From contig JAFLUQ010000003.1 in assembly GCA_022508735.1 (NCBI GenBank), forward strand, positions 10,287 to 42,286: a stretch of 32,000 nt of DNA, written 5' to 3'. Shown piece by piece: positions 1 through 9,295 of this stretch. Source of the stretch: Oscillospiraceae bacterium (GTDB taxonomy: Bacteria; Bacillota; Clostridia; UMGS1883). Made by a program: the position numbers and the translations under genes. Position 1 is the first letter of the stretch, and every line of letters starts with the position of its first letter. The notes beneath the pieces were generated by a model, which did not search any database, had not been told where the DNA came from, and worked only from the letters and a program-made list of their open reading frames with translations.

Positions 1-1
1 G

Positions 2-619
2 TGGAACAGCACCGATGAGGTTCGGCACGCTGAGTTCAGCACAAAGCTTCTCGGCTCTCTTTTAAAAAATGAGACCTTCAGAAACGAGTTTGCCCAGCGC
101 ACTCTTGCCTACCTCTCCACCGCCATGAGCGGGGCTAATGTGGGTCGCCTTATAGATGAGCTTGCAAGTGAGCGCCAAGGCGCCAAGCTCCGCGATATGC
201 TCCGCTGGAGCATGGGCTGGGGCCCCGTGGAAAGAAAGATGGAAAACTGGGAGCGCAACCTCACCTGGGCGCGGATGTTTGCCGTAATGAGGCCTGAAAG
301 CCTGCGCAATCACTATATGGAGACTCTTAACGAGAACTATGACGCAGGAATAACAGGCGTGGCCCGCATAGCCTACTATACCCCCGCCGTCGGCACACTC
401 AGCATAAACGGAGCCGAGGTCAGCCCCGAGCGCTTCGGTGACACTGTCTTCTTCAGCGGCGAACAGTTTGCCGGTCTCCCCCTCCGTCTTTCCGCCTATA
501 ATAACGGCGAACCGATGAATATCACCGTTCTTTCCGGCGGCGTAAGCACCATCTACACAGGCGAGGCAACCTTCACTCCCGAGGCCGGAGCGGGGTACAC
601 GGTATTTATATCGCAGTAG
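2..619 (+). CDS. CotH-family protein, 3' part only (5' end lies outside the window)
   Basis: The frame is open from base 2. The translation WNSTDEVRHAEFSTKLLGSLLKNETFRNEFAQRTLAYLST... aligns with the last ~205 aa of the complete CotH-like ORF at 710..2674. Confidence 0.8.
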   Translation, partial: WNSTDEVRHAEFSTKLLGSLLKNETFRNEFAQRTLAYLSTAMSGANVGRLIDELASERQGAKLRDMLRWSMGWGPVERKMENWERNLTWARMFAVMRPESLRNHYMETLNENYDAGITGVARIAYYTPAVGTLSINGAEVSPERFGDTVFFSGEQFAGLPLRLSAYNNGEPMNITVLSGGVSTIYTGEATFTPEAGAGYTVFISQ

Positions 620-638
620 AAAACAATGAAATAATCAC

Positions 639-667
639 TTGACACAGCCGAGCTTGCTTGATATAAT
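639..667 (+). promoter_or_regulatory. sigma-A type promoter for the second CotH gene
   Basis: TTGACA (639..644), 17-nt spacer, TATAAT (662..667) preceded by TGA (extended -10). AAGGAG RBS lies before the ATG at 710. Confidence 0.7.
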
Positions 668-709
668 AAAGCGTATATATTTTTTGTTCAGGTATAAGGA
701 GTTTAAAGT

Positions 710-2674
710 ATGCTAAAAGAAATCATCAAAAAATCATTTCTTGTTTTCTTCTCTGTAGTTCTAATTGCAATTGCAGCCGCGGCAGAAGAAACGATCCCAC
801 TTCCCGTTTTTTCCCACGAAAGCGGAGTCTATGAACAACCCATAACACTGCAGCTCAGCTCTGAGAGCGGCACTATATATTATACCACTAACGGAGATAT
901 CCCAACCACCTCCTCTAAGCGCTACAGCGGCAGCATTAAGCTCACACGTGAAATGATAACTCCCCGTGAGGTTCAGGGCAGGAAGTCTCTGGAGGATTCA
1001 CCAAAGGCCATAACCATACGCGCTGCTGTGGCAGACGCCGCCGGGGAAATGGGAGAGATCGTCACAAAGACGTACTTTATCGGCACCGATGCTCTTGAGC
1101 TTTACGGTCTCCCTATGGCGAACCTTGTGGCTGACACTAATGACCTATGGGCCGTTGGTTGGGGAATTTACGAGCACTTCAGCTACGAGCATAACGTTCC
1201 CGGCTACTTCCAGTATTTTAACGCTGACGGCACCGCCGGCCCCTCCCGTGGAGTAGAGCTGAAGGTCGGCGGCCATGGCTCCCGGTATAAAGATAAAAAG
1301 TCGCTCAGAGTGTACTTCAACAAGGGCGATACATCTAACGGTAAAAAGCTCAAATATGATCTTATCCCCGCTTCCCGGGCCAACTTCTATGACCCGAAGC
1401 ATATAACAAGCTTCGCGAAGCTGGACTTCCGCATTTCCGACTGGGACGACACTGATCTCCGCGATCCTCTGGCCCAGAAGATAGGCTCCTTCACTCGGGC
1501 CGATGTGGCCGCGAGCACTCCTATGGCGCTGTTCCTCAACGGTGAATTCTGGGGAATTTATAACTGCCGTGAGCATTTCGACGAGAGATTTGTAGACAAC
1601 CACTACGGAATCGACAACGATTACGTAGTATTCTTCGACCGTGACTGGACCATGCCTGCTCAGGAGATCACGCTTGAAAACGGCGAGACCTACGTCGACA
1701 AGATCGATTACACGGGCCCTGCCGATGACAATGCCGAAGGTGTTCTCGGCGAATCATATTACATGAAACAATGGATAGAGACCCGTGATATTGCCGAGCA
1801 CGGAGACATAGCCGACCCGGCCGTATATGCCGAGTTCTCTAGTCGCGTTGATATAGATAACTATATCGACTTTGTTATAACCTATATCTACTCCGCTAAC
1901 CCCGACTGGCCGGGCAACAACTTCAAATTCTGGCGCGTCACCGAGGAAGCCAAGGATCCAGAGGTTTACGGAGCTGACGGCAAGTGGCGCTTTATGATCC
2001 ACGACTTTGACATAGCCTTTGGATATGCTCCGGACGAGACCCTGCTCAAGAACATCCCTCGCGCTGAATCCCAGGATATTGACAGGGTGCCCTACGTAAA
2101 GCTTTTTGGTTCTCTCTTAAAGAATGAGACCTTCAGAAACGAGTTTGCCCAGCGAACACTTGCCTACCTCTCAACTGCTATGAGTGAGGCAAATGTGAAC
2201 CGCCTTATAGACGAGCTTGTCTCTGAGCGTCAAGGCTCCAAGCTCCGAGATCTGCTCCGCTGGGACATTGGCTCAGTCCCCGCTGAGGAGAAGATGGAAA
2301 ACTGGAACCAGAGTATCGACCAGCTCCGTACGTTTGCCGCCAAGAGGCCTGATATCCTACGAAATCACTGCATTAATATACTTAAAACATACTATGGCGC
2401 AGGCATAACCGGGGTGGCCCGTATGGCCTACTATACCCCGGGCACCGGCACTCTCAGCATAAACGGAGCCGAGGTCAGCCCCGAGCGCTTCGGTGACAAT
2501 GTCTTCTTCAGCGGCGAACAGTTTGCCGGTATCCCCCTCCGTCTTTCCGCCTATAATAACGGCGAACCGATGAATATCACCGTTATTTCCGGCGGCGTAA
2601 GCACCGTCTACTCAGGCGAGGCAACCTTCACTCCCGAGGCCGGAGCAGGATATACGATAATAATTTCTCAATAA
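710..2674 (+). CDS. secreted CotH kinase-family protein with an N-terminal chitobiase/FN3-associated-like module
   Basis: Signal-peptide-like N-terminus (KKSFLVFFSVVLIAIAAAA). The PxFSxxSGxY...IYYTTNGDIPT motif matches the Fn3-associated domain. DWDDTDLRDPLAQKIG and LFLNGEFWGIYNCREHFDERF match the CotH core as I recall it. Confidence 0.8.
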   Translation: MLKEIIKKSFLVFFSVVLIAIAAAAEETIPLPVFSHESGVYEQPITLQLSSESGTIYYTTNGDIPTTSSKRYSGSIKLTREMITPREVQGRKSLEDSPKAITIRAAVADAAGEMGEIVTKTYFIGTDALELYGLPMANLVADTNDLWAVGWGIYEHFSYEHNVPGYFQYFNADGTAGPSRGVELKVGGHGSRYKDKKSLRVYFNKGDTSNGKKLKYDLIPASRANFYDPKHITSFAKLDFRISDWDDTDLRDPLAQKIGSFTRADVAASTPMALFLNGEFWGIYNCREHFDERFVDNHYGIDNDYVVFFDRDWTMPAQEITLENGETYVDKIDYTGPADDNAEGVLGESYYMKQWIETRDIAEHGDIADPAVYAEFSSRVDIDNYIDFVITYIYSANPDWPGNNFKFWRVTEEAKDPEVYGADGKWRFMIHDFDIAFGYAPDETLLKNIPRAESQDIDRVPYVKLFGSLLKNETFRNEFAQRTLAYLSTAMSEANVNRLIDELVSERQGSKLRDLLRWDIGSVPAEEKMENWNQSIDQLRTFAAKRPDILRNHCINILKTYYGAGITGVARMAYYTPGTGTLSINGAEVSPERFGDNVFFSGEQFAGIPLRLSAYNNGEPMNITVISGGVSTVYSGEATFTPEAGAGYTIIISQ

Positions 2675-2684
2675 AAAAGATCAA

Positions 2685-2714
2685 CCCCCGATAAAACGTT
2701 GATTTTATCGGGGG
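2685..2714. terminator. bidirectional intrinsic terminator between convergent genes
   Basis: CCCCCGATAAAA / TTTTATCGGGGG 12-bp stem, with an A-run upstream and a T-run downstream. Confidence 0.8.
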
Positions 2715-2721
2715 TTTAAAT

Positions 2722-3489
2722 TTAATCCAATATCCACAGCTTCAGCACCGCAAGGGTCTCACGGATATAGTTCTGGGGATAGGTGTAAAAGTCAATATTT
2801 GCGTGCATATGAGTTATATTTTTGAATCCGACGATCTCGGCGATTTTCTCAGCCCGGTAAATGTGGAAGTCATTGGTTATAAACGCCGCCTTATACTCGC
2901 CGCCAAAGCGGGCAGCGTAATCACCGTCGATCAGATCGAGCGAGAATTTAAAGTTTTCAAAGGTCGAGGCGGCTGCCTCCTCCATGACTATTTTATCCTC
3001 GGGCACTCCGCGCAAAGTAAGATATTTGCTCATGGCATAGGCTTCGGTAACTCTCTCCTGAGTGCCCTTCCCGCCGGAAACAAGTATCAGCGCGTCGGGA
3101 TTTTTTTCGTGGTATTCTATCGCCTTTTCTAACCTCTCCGCCAGGTGGCGCGAGGGCACATCTCCGTGAACGCCCGCTCCTAAAACGATAACAACGTCCT
3201 CGTCATAGGTCACGGTGTCAGCCGAGCCGTAGCTTCCTAAAAATATCGCCATACCTACAACAAAGATCACGCCTGCAAAGCCGGCATTTCTCAGCCACCG
3301 CAGCGGCCCCGGGCGGTTCACCCTTTCAAAGAATATCCCATAGCACGCCACCACAGCCCCGGCAAGGGTCGTTAAAATAACGCCCAGATTTAAATTGCCG
3401 GTAACTGTCACCACAAGGCCGTCAATAAGCAGCAGCGCGCCAAGCAAAACCACTGTTATTCTTATCACTCTTAACATTTTTACTCCCAT
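2722..3489 (-). CDS. YdcF/SanA (DUF218) family membrane protein
   Basis: Several N-terminal TM helices followed by VIVLGAGVHGDVPSRHLAERL...LILVSGGKG, which is typical of DUF218. The start may be the internal ATG at 3477 (GGGAG RBS). Confidence 0.75.
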   Translation of the reverse strand: MGVKMLRVIRITVVLLGALLLIDGLVVTVTGNLNLGVILTTLAGAVVACYGIFFERVNRPGPLRWLRNAGFAGVIFVVGMAIFLGSYGSADTVTYDEDVVIVLGAGVHGDVPSRHLAERLEKAIEYHEKNPDALILVSGGKGTQERVTEAYAMSKYLTLRGVPEDKIVMEEAAASTFENFKFSLDLIDGDYAARFGGEYKAAFITNDFHIYRAEKIAEIVGFKNITHMHANIDFYTYPQNYIRETLAVLKLWILD

Positions 3490-4823
3490 TTTTTCGCCAT
3501 CTCCGCCATATATTTTATCAGCGGTCCTTTCTCGTTTTCCACTTTCCCGTTCATAACTCCGTTTAAAGCATAGTTAAGGCCCGCGCGTATTTTTCTGCCC
3601 TTAAGGCCTAAGTCGGCGATATCCTCGCCGCTAACGTTCAGATCTTTAAGCCTATAGCACAGGCCCCTGTCCAGTGCCAGACGCAGGTTCTCTTCTCCCC
3701 GCCCAAGAAGAGCCAGCTTCTCCTCCCTGTTATATTCCGACTGAGCAGCCTGATCGGCGTACATCACACAGAAAATCTGTGCCAATCCCTCCTCGCCTAC
3801 CAGGCTCAGCAGCTTCAGCAGCTGAGGCAGGCCGCCTGTGAGCCTGACATCGTGAAAGCGGATAAGCATTTCTACAGTTTCGCGGGTCTTATTGTCGAAT
3901 TTCAGCCGCCTAAGTATTTCTTCAGCCATTTTTGCCCCCGCCGCCGGGTGCCCCTTGAAGTGGGCGCTGCCATTATAAAACCTGCACATGGCGGGCTTGG
4001 CTATGTCGTGAAGCAGCAGAGCCGTTTTAATGGCCGGGTCGCTTCCGCCATAGCTGTCTACTGCGGTCAGAATGTGCTCATACACGTCAAAAGCGTGATG
4101 CACCGTATGCTGGTCAAAATCAAAGGCAGGTCTCAGTTCGGGGATTATCTCGGCTATTATCTCACGAAACCGCATAAACGACGGCTTAACGCGGCCGCTG
4201 ACAAGGGTCTTAGTCAGCTCCTCCCTCACTCTCTCTGCGGAAATTCGCCCGAGCAGCGAACGGCAGTCAAGCATGGCGGCTGCTGTGTTGTCGTCTATTT
4301 CAAAATCAAGAGAAACGCTGAAACGCACACCGCGCAGAATACGAAGCGCATCCTCCCTGAAGCGCTCATCTGGGTCACCAACAGCGCAGATAATGCCCTT
4401 ATTCAGATCGGCACGACCGCCGAAGGGGTCGATAAAGCCTGTGCGCGGGCTGTAGGCCATGGCATTGACAGTAAAATCCCTCCGCGCCAGATCAGCTTCA
4501 ATACTCGAAGTGAAGGTCACTGATTCGGGCCGGCGGCTGTCAAGATATTCGCCGTCAAGGCGAAAGGTTGTTATCTCCACCGGGTCGTCCATCAAAAGCG
4601 TCACAGTGCCGTGCCGTATTCCGGTGTCAAATATTTTTTCACCGCTAAAAACCTCCTTGACCTGCTCCGGCAGGGCCGAGGTGCAGATGTCCCAGTCCTT
4701 AGGCTCACGCCCCAACAGCCGGTCGCGAACGCAGCCGCCCACAACGTAGGCCTCATAGCCGGCGTCCTCAAGCCTCGATATTATATTTGCCGCATTTTCG
4801 GGAATTTTCATATATAACCTCAC
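3480..4823 (-). CDS. cca: CCA tRNA nucleotidyltransferase (PolyA-pol family head plus HD domain)
   Basis: GGCVRDRLLGREPKDWDICT nucleotidyltransferase motif, RRDFTVNAMA, and a downstream HD-type LLHDIAKP. Confidence 0.9.
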   Translation of the reverse strand: MRLYMKIPENAANIISRLEDAGYEAYVVGGCVRDRLLGREPKDWDICTSALPEQVKEVFSGEKIFDTGIRHGTVTLLMDDPVEITTFRLDGEYLDSRRPESVTFTSSIEADLARRDFTVNAMAYSPRTGFIDPFGGRADLNKGIICAVGDPDERFREDALRILRGVRFSVSLDFEIDDNTAAAMLDCRSLLGRISAERVREELTKTLVSGRVKPSFMRFREIIAEIIPELRPAFDFDQHTVHHAFDVYEHILTAVDSYGGSDPAIKTALLLHDIAKPAMCRFYNGSAHFKGHPAAGAKMAEEILRRLKFDNKTRETVEMLIRFHDVRLTGGLPQLLKLLSLVGEEGLAQIFCVMYADQAAQSEYNREEKLALLGRGEENLRLALDRGLCYRLKDLNVSGEDIADLGLKGRKIRAGLNYALNGVMNGKVENEKGPLIKYMAEMAKKWE

Positions 4824-4852
4824 TTGACAAATTATAGAAATTTGTTTATAAT
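4824..4852 (+). promoter_or_regulatory. consensus sigma-A promoter for the lipid kinase gene
   Basis: TTGACA (4824..4829), 17 nt, TATAAT (4847..4852). AGGGAG RBS lies before the ATG at 4885. Confidence 0.7.
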
Positions 4853-4884
4853 AATGTATATATAATTTAAAGGGAGCACAATAT

Positions 4885-5775
4885 ATGTCAAAAAAACTTC
4901 TTTTCGTATATAACCCTATGGCCGGAAAGGCTCAGATCACCGGGTATCTCTCTAAAATAATCGACACCTTCACCAAGGCCGGCTATCTGGTCACTGCCCG
5001 CCCTACATTGGGGCCGGGTGACGGTATTGAAGTAATACGGGAGCTGGCCCGGAGCTACGATCTGGTCGTATGCAGCGGCGGCGACGGCACGCTCAGCGAG
5101 TCTGTCACGGGTATAATGACCCTGCCGCCGGAGGAAAGACCGCCCATCGGCTATATCCCTGCCGGCAGCACCAACGACTTCGCCTCAACTCTCGGCATAG
5201 CCAAAGACATGGCCGAGGCCGCAGAAATGATAGTCAGCGGCATTCCACTGCGCTGTGACATAGGCGCCTTCAACGATAAGTTCTTCACCTACGTGGCCGC
5301 CTTCGGAGCCTTTACGTCGGTTTCTTACGGAACACCGCAGCAGGTAAAAAATCTCTTGGGTCACACGGCGTATCTGCTTGAGGGCATCCGGCAGGTGGGC
5401 AGCATCAAGCCCTATCATTTAAAAATAGAGGTGGGTGAAACCACTATAGAAGACGACTTCCTTTTTGGAATGGTCAGCAACACCGTTCAGGTCGGCGGCA
5501 TGAAGATCCCCTCCGATGTGGCCTTTTCTATCAACGACGGCCTCTTTGAGGTGCTCATGGTGCGCGCGCCAAAATCCGTGGCCGATATTCAGGGGATGAT
5601 AGCCGAGGCCCTTCGTCAGGAGGTAGCCTCCAAGAGCTTCCTGAATTTCAAGGCGAAAAAGATACGCTTCATAAGTGACTCCCCCATGCCATGGACGCTG
5701 GACGGCGAGTTCGGCGGCGACTGTGTTGACGTTACGGTGGAAAATATCAGCAAGGCAATAGGAATCGTAGTTTAA
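4885..5775 (+). CDS. diacylglycerol/lipid kinase, YegS/DagK family
   Basis: NPMAGK..., the VVCSGGDGTLSE signature and GYIPAGSTNDFA are typical of the DAGK catalytic domain. Confidence 0.85.
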   Translation: MSKKLLFVYNPMAGKAQITGYLSKIIDTFTKAGYLVTARPTLGPGDGIEVIRELARSYDLVVCSGGDGTLSESVTGIMTLPPEERPPIGYIPAGSTNDFASTLGIAKDMAEAAEMIVSGIPLRCDIGAFNDKFFTYVAAFGAFTSVSYGTPQQVKNLLGHTAYLLEGIRQVGSIKPYHLKIEVGETTIEDDFLFGMVSNTVQVGGMKIPSDVAFSINDGLFEVLMVRAPKSVADIQGMIAEALRQEVASKSFLNFKAKKIRFISDSPMPWTLDGEFGGDCVDVTVENISKAIGIVV

Positions 5776-5796
5776 AAGTTATAAATTATACTAAAC

Positions 5797-5829
5797 AAAA
5801 TGGCTGCGCCTCTCGGGTGCAGCCATTTT
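5797..5829. terminator. bidirectional terminator between the lipid kinase gene and hup
   Basis: AAAATGGCTGC / GCAGCCATTTT stem with A and T runs on both sides, placed between convergent stops. Confidence 0.8.
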
Positions 5830-5842
5830 GTCTATTACGAAT

Positions 5843-6115
5843 TTACTTTAAGCTGTCTTTAAGTGCCTGACCTGCCTTAAATGCAGGAACCTTGGAAGCG
5901 GCAATCTTGATAGTCTCACCGGTCTGAGGATTTTTACCCTCACGAGCAGCTCTCTCACGAACCTCAAAGGTACCAAAACCAACGAGCTGAACCTTATCAC
6001 CGGCCTTAAGAGCCTCCTGTACAGTCTCGATAAGAGCAGCAACTGCCTTCTCGGAATCCTTCTTTGTGATACCGGCCTTATCAGCAACGGCAGCAATTAA
6101 ACTGGACTTGTTCAT
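5843..6115 (-). CDS. hup: HU-family nucleoid DNA-binding protein
   Basis: 90 aa. [25 protein letters not shown]...[37 protein letters not shown] is canonical HU. GGAGG RBS. Confidence 0.95.
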   Translation of the reverse strand: MNKSSLIAAVADKAGITKKDSEKAVAALIETVQEALKAGDKVQLVGFGTFEVRERAAREGKNPQTGETIKIAASKVPAFKAGQALKDSLK

Positions 6116-6170
6116 ATGATTAACCTCCTTTTTTTATTTTTTTATGCCCTATATTTTTGGGTACAAGGTC

Positions 6171-6199
6171 ATTTTACCACAATTTTTCAGAGAATTCAA
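6171..6199 (-). promoter_or_regulatory. promoter for hup
   Basis: On the minus strand: TTGAAT, 17 nt, then TAAAAT with an upstream TGG (extended -10). The -35 overlaps the mazG stop codon. Confidence 0.55.
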
Positions 6200-6819
6200 G
6201 TGTTTTCTTCAAATTTTTTGAAAAAATTTATAAATTTATTCAAATATTTTCCAATTTCTTCCTCCGGGTCAAGCCCTCTGTCAACCAAACGGGTCATTTC
6301 CTCGAAAAGAGCACGCCCCGGGGAGTCGTCCTCCGGCAGAGTTGTGCATCCGGCCTTGGTTGCTTTTTTGTATATTTTTTCACTTCGCGTCAAAATCGGC
6401 AGGGCCTTGCTGACCGATTCCATGCTGTCACTCACGCTCTGTCCGCCGCGCTCACGGCGCTTTATCTCCTCCCAGTTACTTAGCACCTGCTCGGAGGTTT
6501 CAGCGCTTACAGAGCCAAAAATGTGTGGGTGGCGCACTACCATTTTCTCGCACACCGCCTCAGTCACATCGTCTATGGTGAACTCACCGCTCTCCTTGCC
6601 TATCTGAGCGTGCAGCACCACCTGAAGAAGCACATCGCCCAGCTCATCGGCCATTTTCGTCGGTACGCCGCTGTCAAAGGCCTCAGCCGCCTCGTAGGCC
6701 TCCTCTATCATGTGCTTTCTGAGAGACTGGTGAGTCTGCTCGCGGTCCCACGGGCAGCCGCCGGGAGCGCGGAGCTTTTCAATTATGTCGCACAAATCGT
6801 AAAAATTTCTCTTCTGCAT
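6196..6819 (-). CDS. mazG: MazG-family nucleoside triphosphate pyrophosphohydrolase
   Basis: CPWDREQTHQSLRKHMIEEAYEAAEA...ELGDVLLQVVLHAQI is the MazG EExxE/ELGD signature. The order flippase-mazG-hup resembles the B. subtilis yabM-yabN region. Confidence 0.85.
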   Translation of the reverse strand: MQKRNFYDLCDIIEKLRAPGGCPWDREQTHQSLRKHMIEEAYEAAEAFDSGVPTKMADELGDVLLQVVLHAQIGKESGEFTIDDVTEAVCEKMVVRHPHIFGSVSAETSEQVLSNWEEIKRRERGGQSVSDSMESVSKALPILTRSEKIYKKATKAGCTTLPEDDSPGRALFEEMTRLVDRGLDPEEEIGKYLNKFINFFKKFEENT

Positions 6820-6855
6820 ATTTTAACCCCATTCCGCCGCCCTGATGCGGCCCTG

Positions 6856-8331
6856 TTATTTCCTTAGTAATGCTTTTATATCGATTGCCTTCAGCAGCAG
6901 CGCCATTACAATATATACCAGCGCCATAACACAGCCCACGACAATAAAGGGTGCCGCGGTATAATAGAATAAGCCCAATGCCGCCAATGCCCCGATAGCA
7001 GCTGCCACAAATGGCCGCACGAAGGTGCCGACCGGAAACCCAAAGCCCATGTGACCGCGAAAAAGCACGATAAGAACAACACAGCCCGCGGCGTAAGATA
7101 TTACTGTAGCAAGCGGTGCGCCCGCTATACCCATCGCCGGTAAGAGCAGGAAATTAAGTGCAACCTTTACTGCCAGCGTCGCACCAAGCACGATTATCGG
7201 CTTCCACACGCAGCCGGTGGCCTGAAGTATTCCGCTGACCACCTGCGTAAAGGGTATCAAAATCATAAGAGCGCCGGTGAACATGAGAAGTTCTCTATGG
7301 AGAGATGTGCCGTAAAGCAGCGAGAGTATCGGCCCCGGGAAGCAAAGGCAGCCCATCATACAGGGCGCCGATACGAAGGCCAAAAGCCTCAGCGAGGATA
7401 CCGCATGTTCACGAAGGAGCCCTCTGTCTCCGCTGTGAGCGGCCTCGGCACAGGCCGGAGCTACACTGACGGTCACCGCCGCAATGAGTGTGGCAGGCAG
7501 ATTGTAGATCATGAACGCCCGTGTCAGGTAGCCGAAAAGACCGGCGCTTTCTTCTATGGAATTGCCAAGCCCCACAAGTATATTCTGAACTGTGAAATTG
7601 TCGGCCATCATCATGCAGGAAAAGCCCGCCGAGCCAAGGGTGACCGGAATGGCCAGCATTACGATCCTTTTTGCCGTAGAGAGCTTCGGCCCGCGATAGA
7701 CCTTGATGAATTTTCTTCCCATCACAAGCAGAATGACAGAACCGATAACAGTTCCGACAGTCACGCCGCTCATGGCCCCCGCGGCCGCTATCGCTCTGCC
7801 TTTAGGCAGCAAAAGCGCGCAGACTCCTAAACCGATGCAGGCCTTAGACAGGCTGTCGGCGATCTGGCTTAGGGCCGAGGGCAGCATATTTCCCCGCCCC
7901 TGAAAGTAGCCTCTGTAGGCACTCGATACGCCCATAAATACTACTCCTACCGACATAACTCTGATGGCCGGAGCGGCATACCCGCTGCCGCCGCCTGCTA
8001 TCATCGCGGCCAGCGGCCGTGCAAAGATGAACAGGCCTGCCGCCGCAATTACCCCCATAAAGGTCACGAACCACATTGCCGAGGCGCGTATCTCAGCCGC
8101 CTCGTCCTCGTCGCTGTCAGCCACAAGGTTACTGACGGCTAAGGGCACACCCGTGGCTGTGATAGCCAGCATCCAGTTGTATATATTATAGGCATTTTGA
8201 TATATTGCTATACCCTCAGGGCCGATAAAATAGCGGTCAAGCGGTATTTTGAACACCGCGCTGAGGGCTTTTCCGATAAGCGACGCCGCCGACAGCAGCA
8301 CCGCTCCACGTACGAAATTACGCTTTCCCAT
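6856..8331 (-). CDS. MOP-superfamily oligosaccharide flippase (SpoVB/YabM-like)
   Basis: About 14 predicted TM segments and a GAVLLSAASLIGKALSAVFKIPL N-terminus typical of SpoVB/MurJ-like proteins. I chose the ATG at 8331 (AGGGAG RBS 7 nt upstream, abutting the yesL stop). The ORF stays open up to 8370. Confidence 0.75.
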   Translation of the reverse strand: MGKRNFVRGAVLLSAASLIGKALSAVFKIPLDRYFIGPEGIAIYQNAYNIYNWMLAITATGVPLAVSNLVADSDEDEAAEIRASAMWFVTFMGVIAAAGLFIFARPLAAMIAGGGSGYAAPAIRVMSVGVVFMGVSSAYRGYFQGRGNMLPSALSQIADSLSKACIGLGVCALLLPKGRAIAAAGAMSGVTVGTVIGSVILLVMGRKFIKVYRGPKLSTAKRIVMLAIPVTLGSAGFSCMMMADNFTVQNILVGLGNSIEESAGLFGYLTRAFMIYNLPATLIAAVTVSVAPACAEAAHSGDRGLLREHAVSSLRLLAFVSAPCMMGCLCFPGPILSLLYGTSLHRELLMFTGALMILIPFTQVVSGILQATGCVWKPIIVLGATLAVKVALNFLLLPAMGIAGAPLATVISYAAGCVVLIVLFRGHMGFGFPVGTFVRPFVAAAIGALAALGLFYYTAAPFIVVGCVMALVYIVMALLLKAIDIKALLRK

Positions 8332-8332
8332 C

Positions 8333-9220
8333 TCAATGCTCCCTGTCGTCGTTAAAAACCGCCTCACCAAAGGTGTCTGCTTTTCCGGCGGGATCTGCCA
8401 TATACTTTACCATAAGCGGATACACGATTGAAAGTCTGGTGTACTCACACAGACCGAAAAGGATCACCGGGATCAGGAACATAAGATAGGGCGTCGCCGC
8501 GCCGAAGGCTATAACCGCAAACGAGAACATGAAACCCAGCACAAAGGCTCCCAATGTCTGCGGCAGCTTTGCAATGACCATTATGAAGGAGTTTTTATAC
8601 ACATCCCTTAACCGCAGCTCAAATGAGGTCATTATCGGATATATGTAAACGTGCATCATGCTCCAGAGAAAGGCCACCAGCACCACAAGGCCAAGGAGCA
8701 GTGCGCTGACTAACCCCTGCTGGGAGTTATAATATCCGAAATTGAGTATCAGCACCAGCGCCGCAAAAAGATCGATAATATAGGCCACTATGCCGTATTT
8801 AAGGTTGGTCTTAAAGCCGTCCCAAAAGTCCTGCCAGGCCCATGCGTGAGTGTCGCTGACGTACTTGCGCAGCACATTTATCAGGCCGCAGGCCGCGGGG
8901 CCGCCGCCGCAGTTCGCATAGATGAGCAGCGCCGCTATAGCCACTGCCATAGTGCCGCCGTTGTTTATCCATTCCCGCAGCTCCTCAGAAGACATTACGG
9001 TGCTTGCCGTCCAGGTTATGCTGACATTGCAGACCATAGCCATCAGCATCAGCGGAATTATCGAAAATAAAAAGTATATGAAATTGACCGTTATTATTTT
9101 CCATATTCTTCTGCCGAGAATGTCAAAATACCGCGAGAGTCCGGTTTTTTCCGCCTCTGACTTGCTTATGCCCGGGCCGGGCCGGGTGTATTTGTCTTTG
9201 CCGCCGAAAAAGCCCGCCAT
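8333..9220 (-). CDS. YesL-family (DUF624) membrane protein
   Basis: The N-terminal GGKDKYTRPGPGISK...RYFDILGRRIWKIITVNFIYFLFSIIPL pattern followed by about 6 TM segments matches my recollection of DUF624. Confidence 0.6.
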   Translation of the reverse strand: MAGFFGGKDKYTRPGPGISKSEAEKTGLSRYFDILGRRIWKIITVNFIYFLFSIIPLMLMAMVCNVSITWTASTVMSSEELREWINNGGTMAVAIAALLIYANCGGGPAACGLINVLRKYVSDTHAWAWQDFWDGFKTNLKYGIVAYIIDLFAALVLILNFGYYNSQQGLVSALLLGLVVLVAFLWSMMHVYIYPIMTSFELRLRDVYKNSFIMVIAKLPQTLGAFVLGFMFSFAVIAFGAATPYLMFLIPVILFGLCEYTRLSIVYPLMVKYMADPAGKADTFGEAVFNDDREH

Positions 9221-9255
9221 TGTTTTCGCCTCCGTTTAAACAATCTTTAAACTAT

Positions 9256-9284
9256 ATTTTATCACATTTTTTTTTAATTTACAA
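9256..9284 (-). promoter_or_regulatory. promoter of the yesL-flippase-mazG operon
   Basis: Minus strand: TTGTAA, 17 nt, TAAAAT preceded by TGA. Confidence 0.55.
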
Positions 9285-9295
9285 GAGTAAATTTA

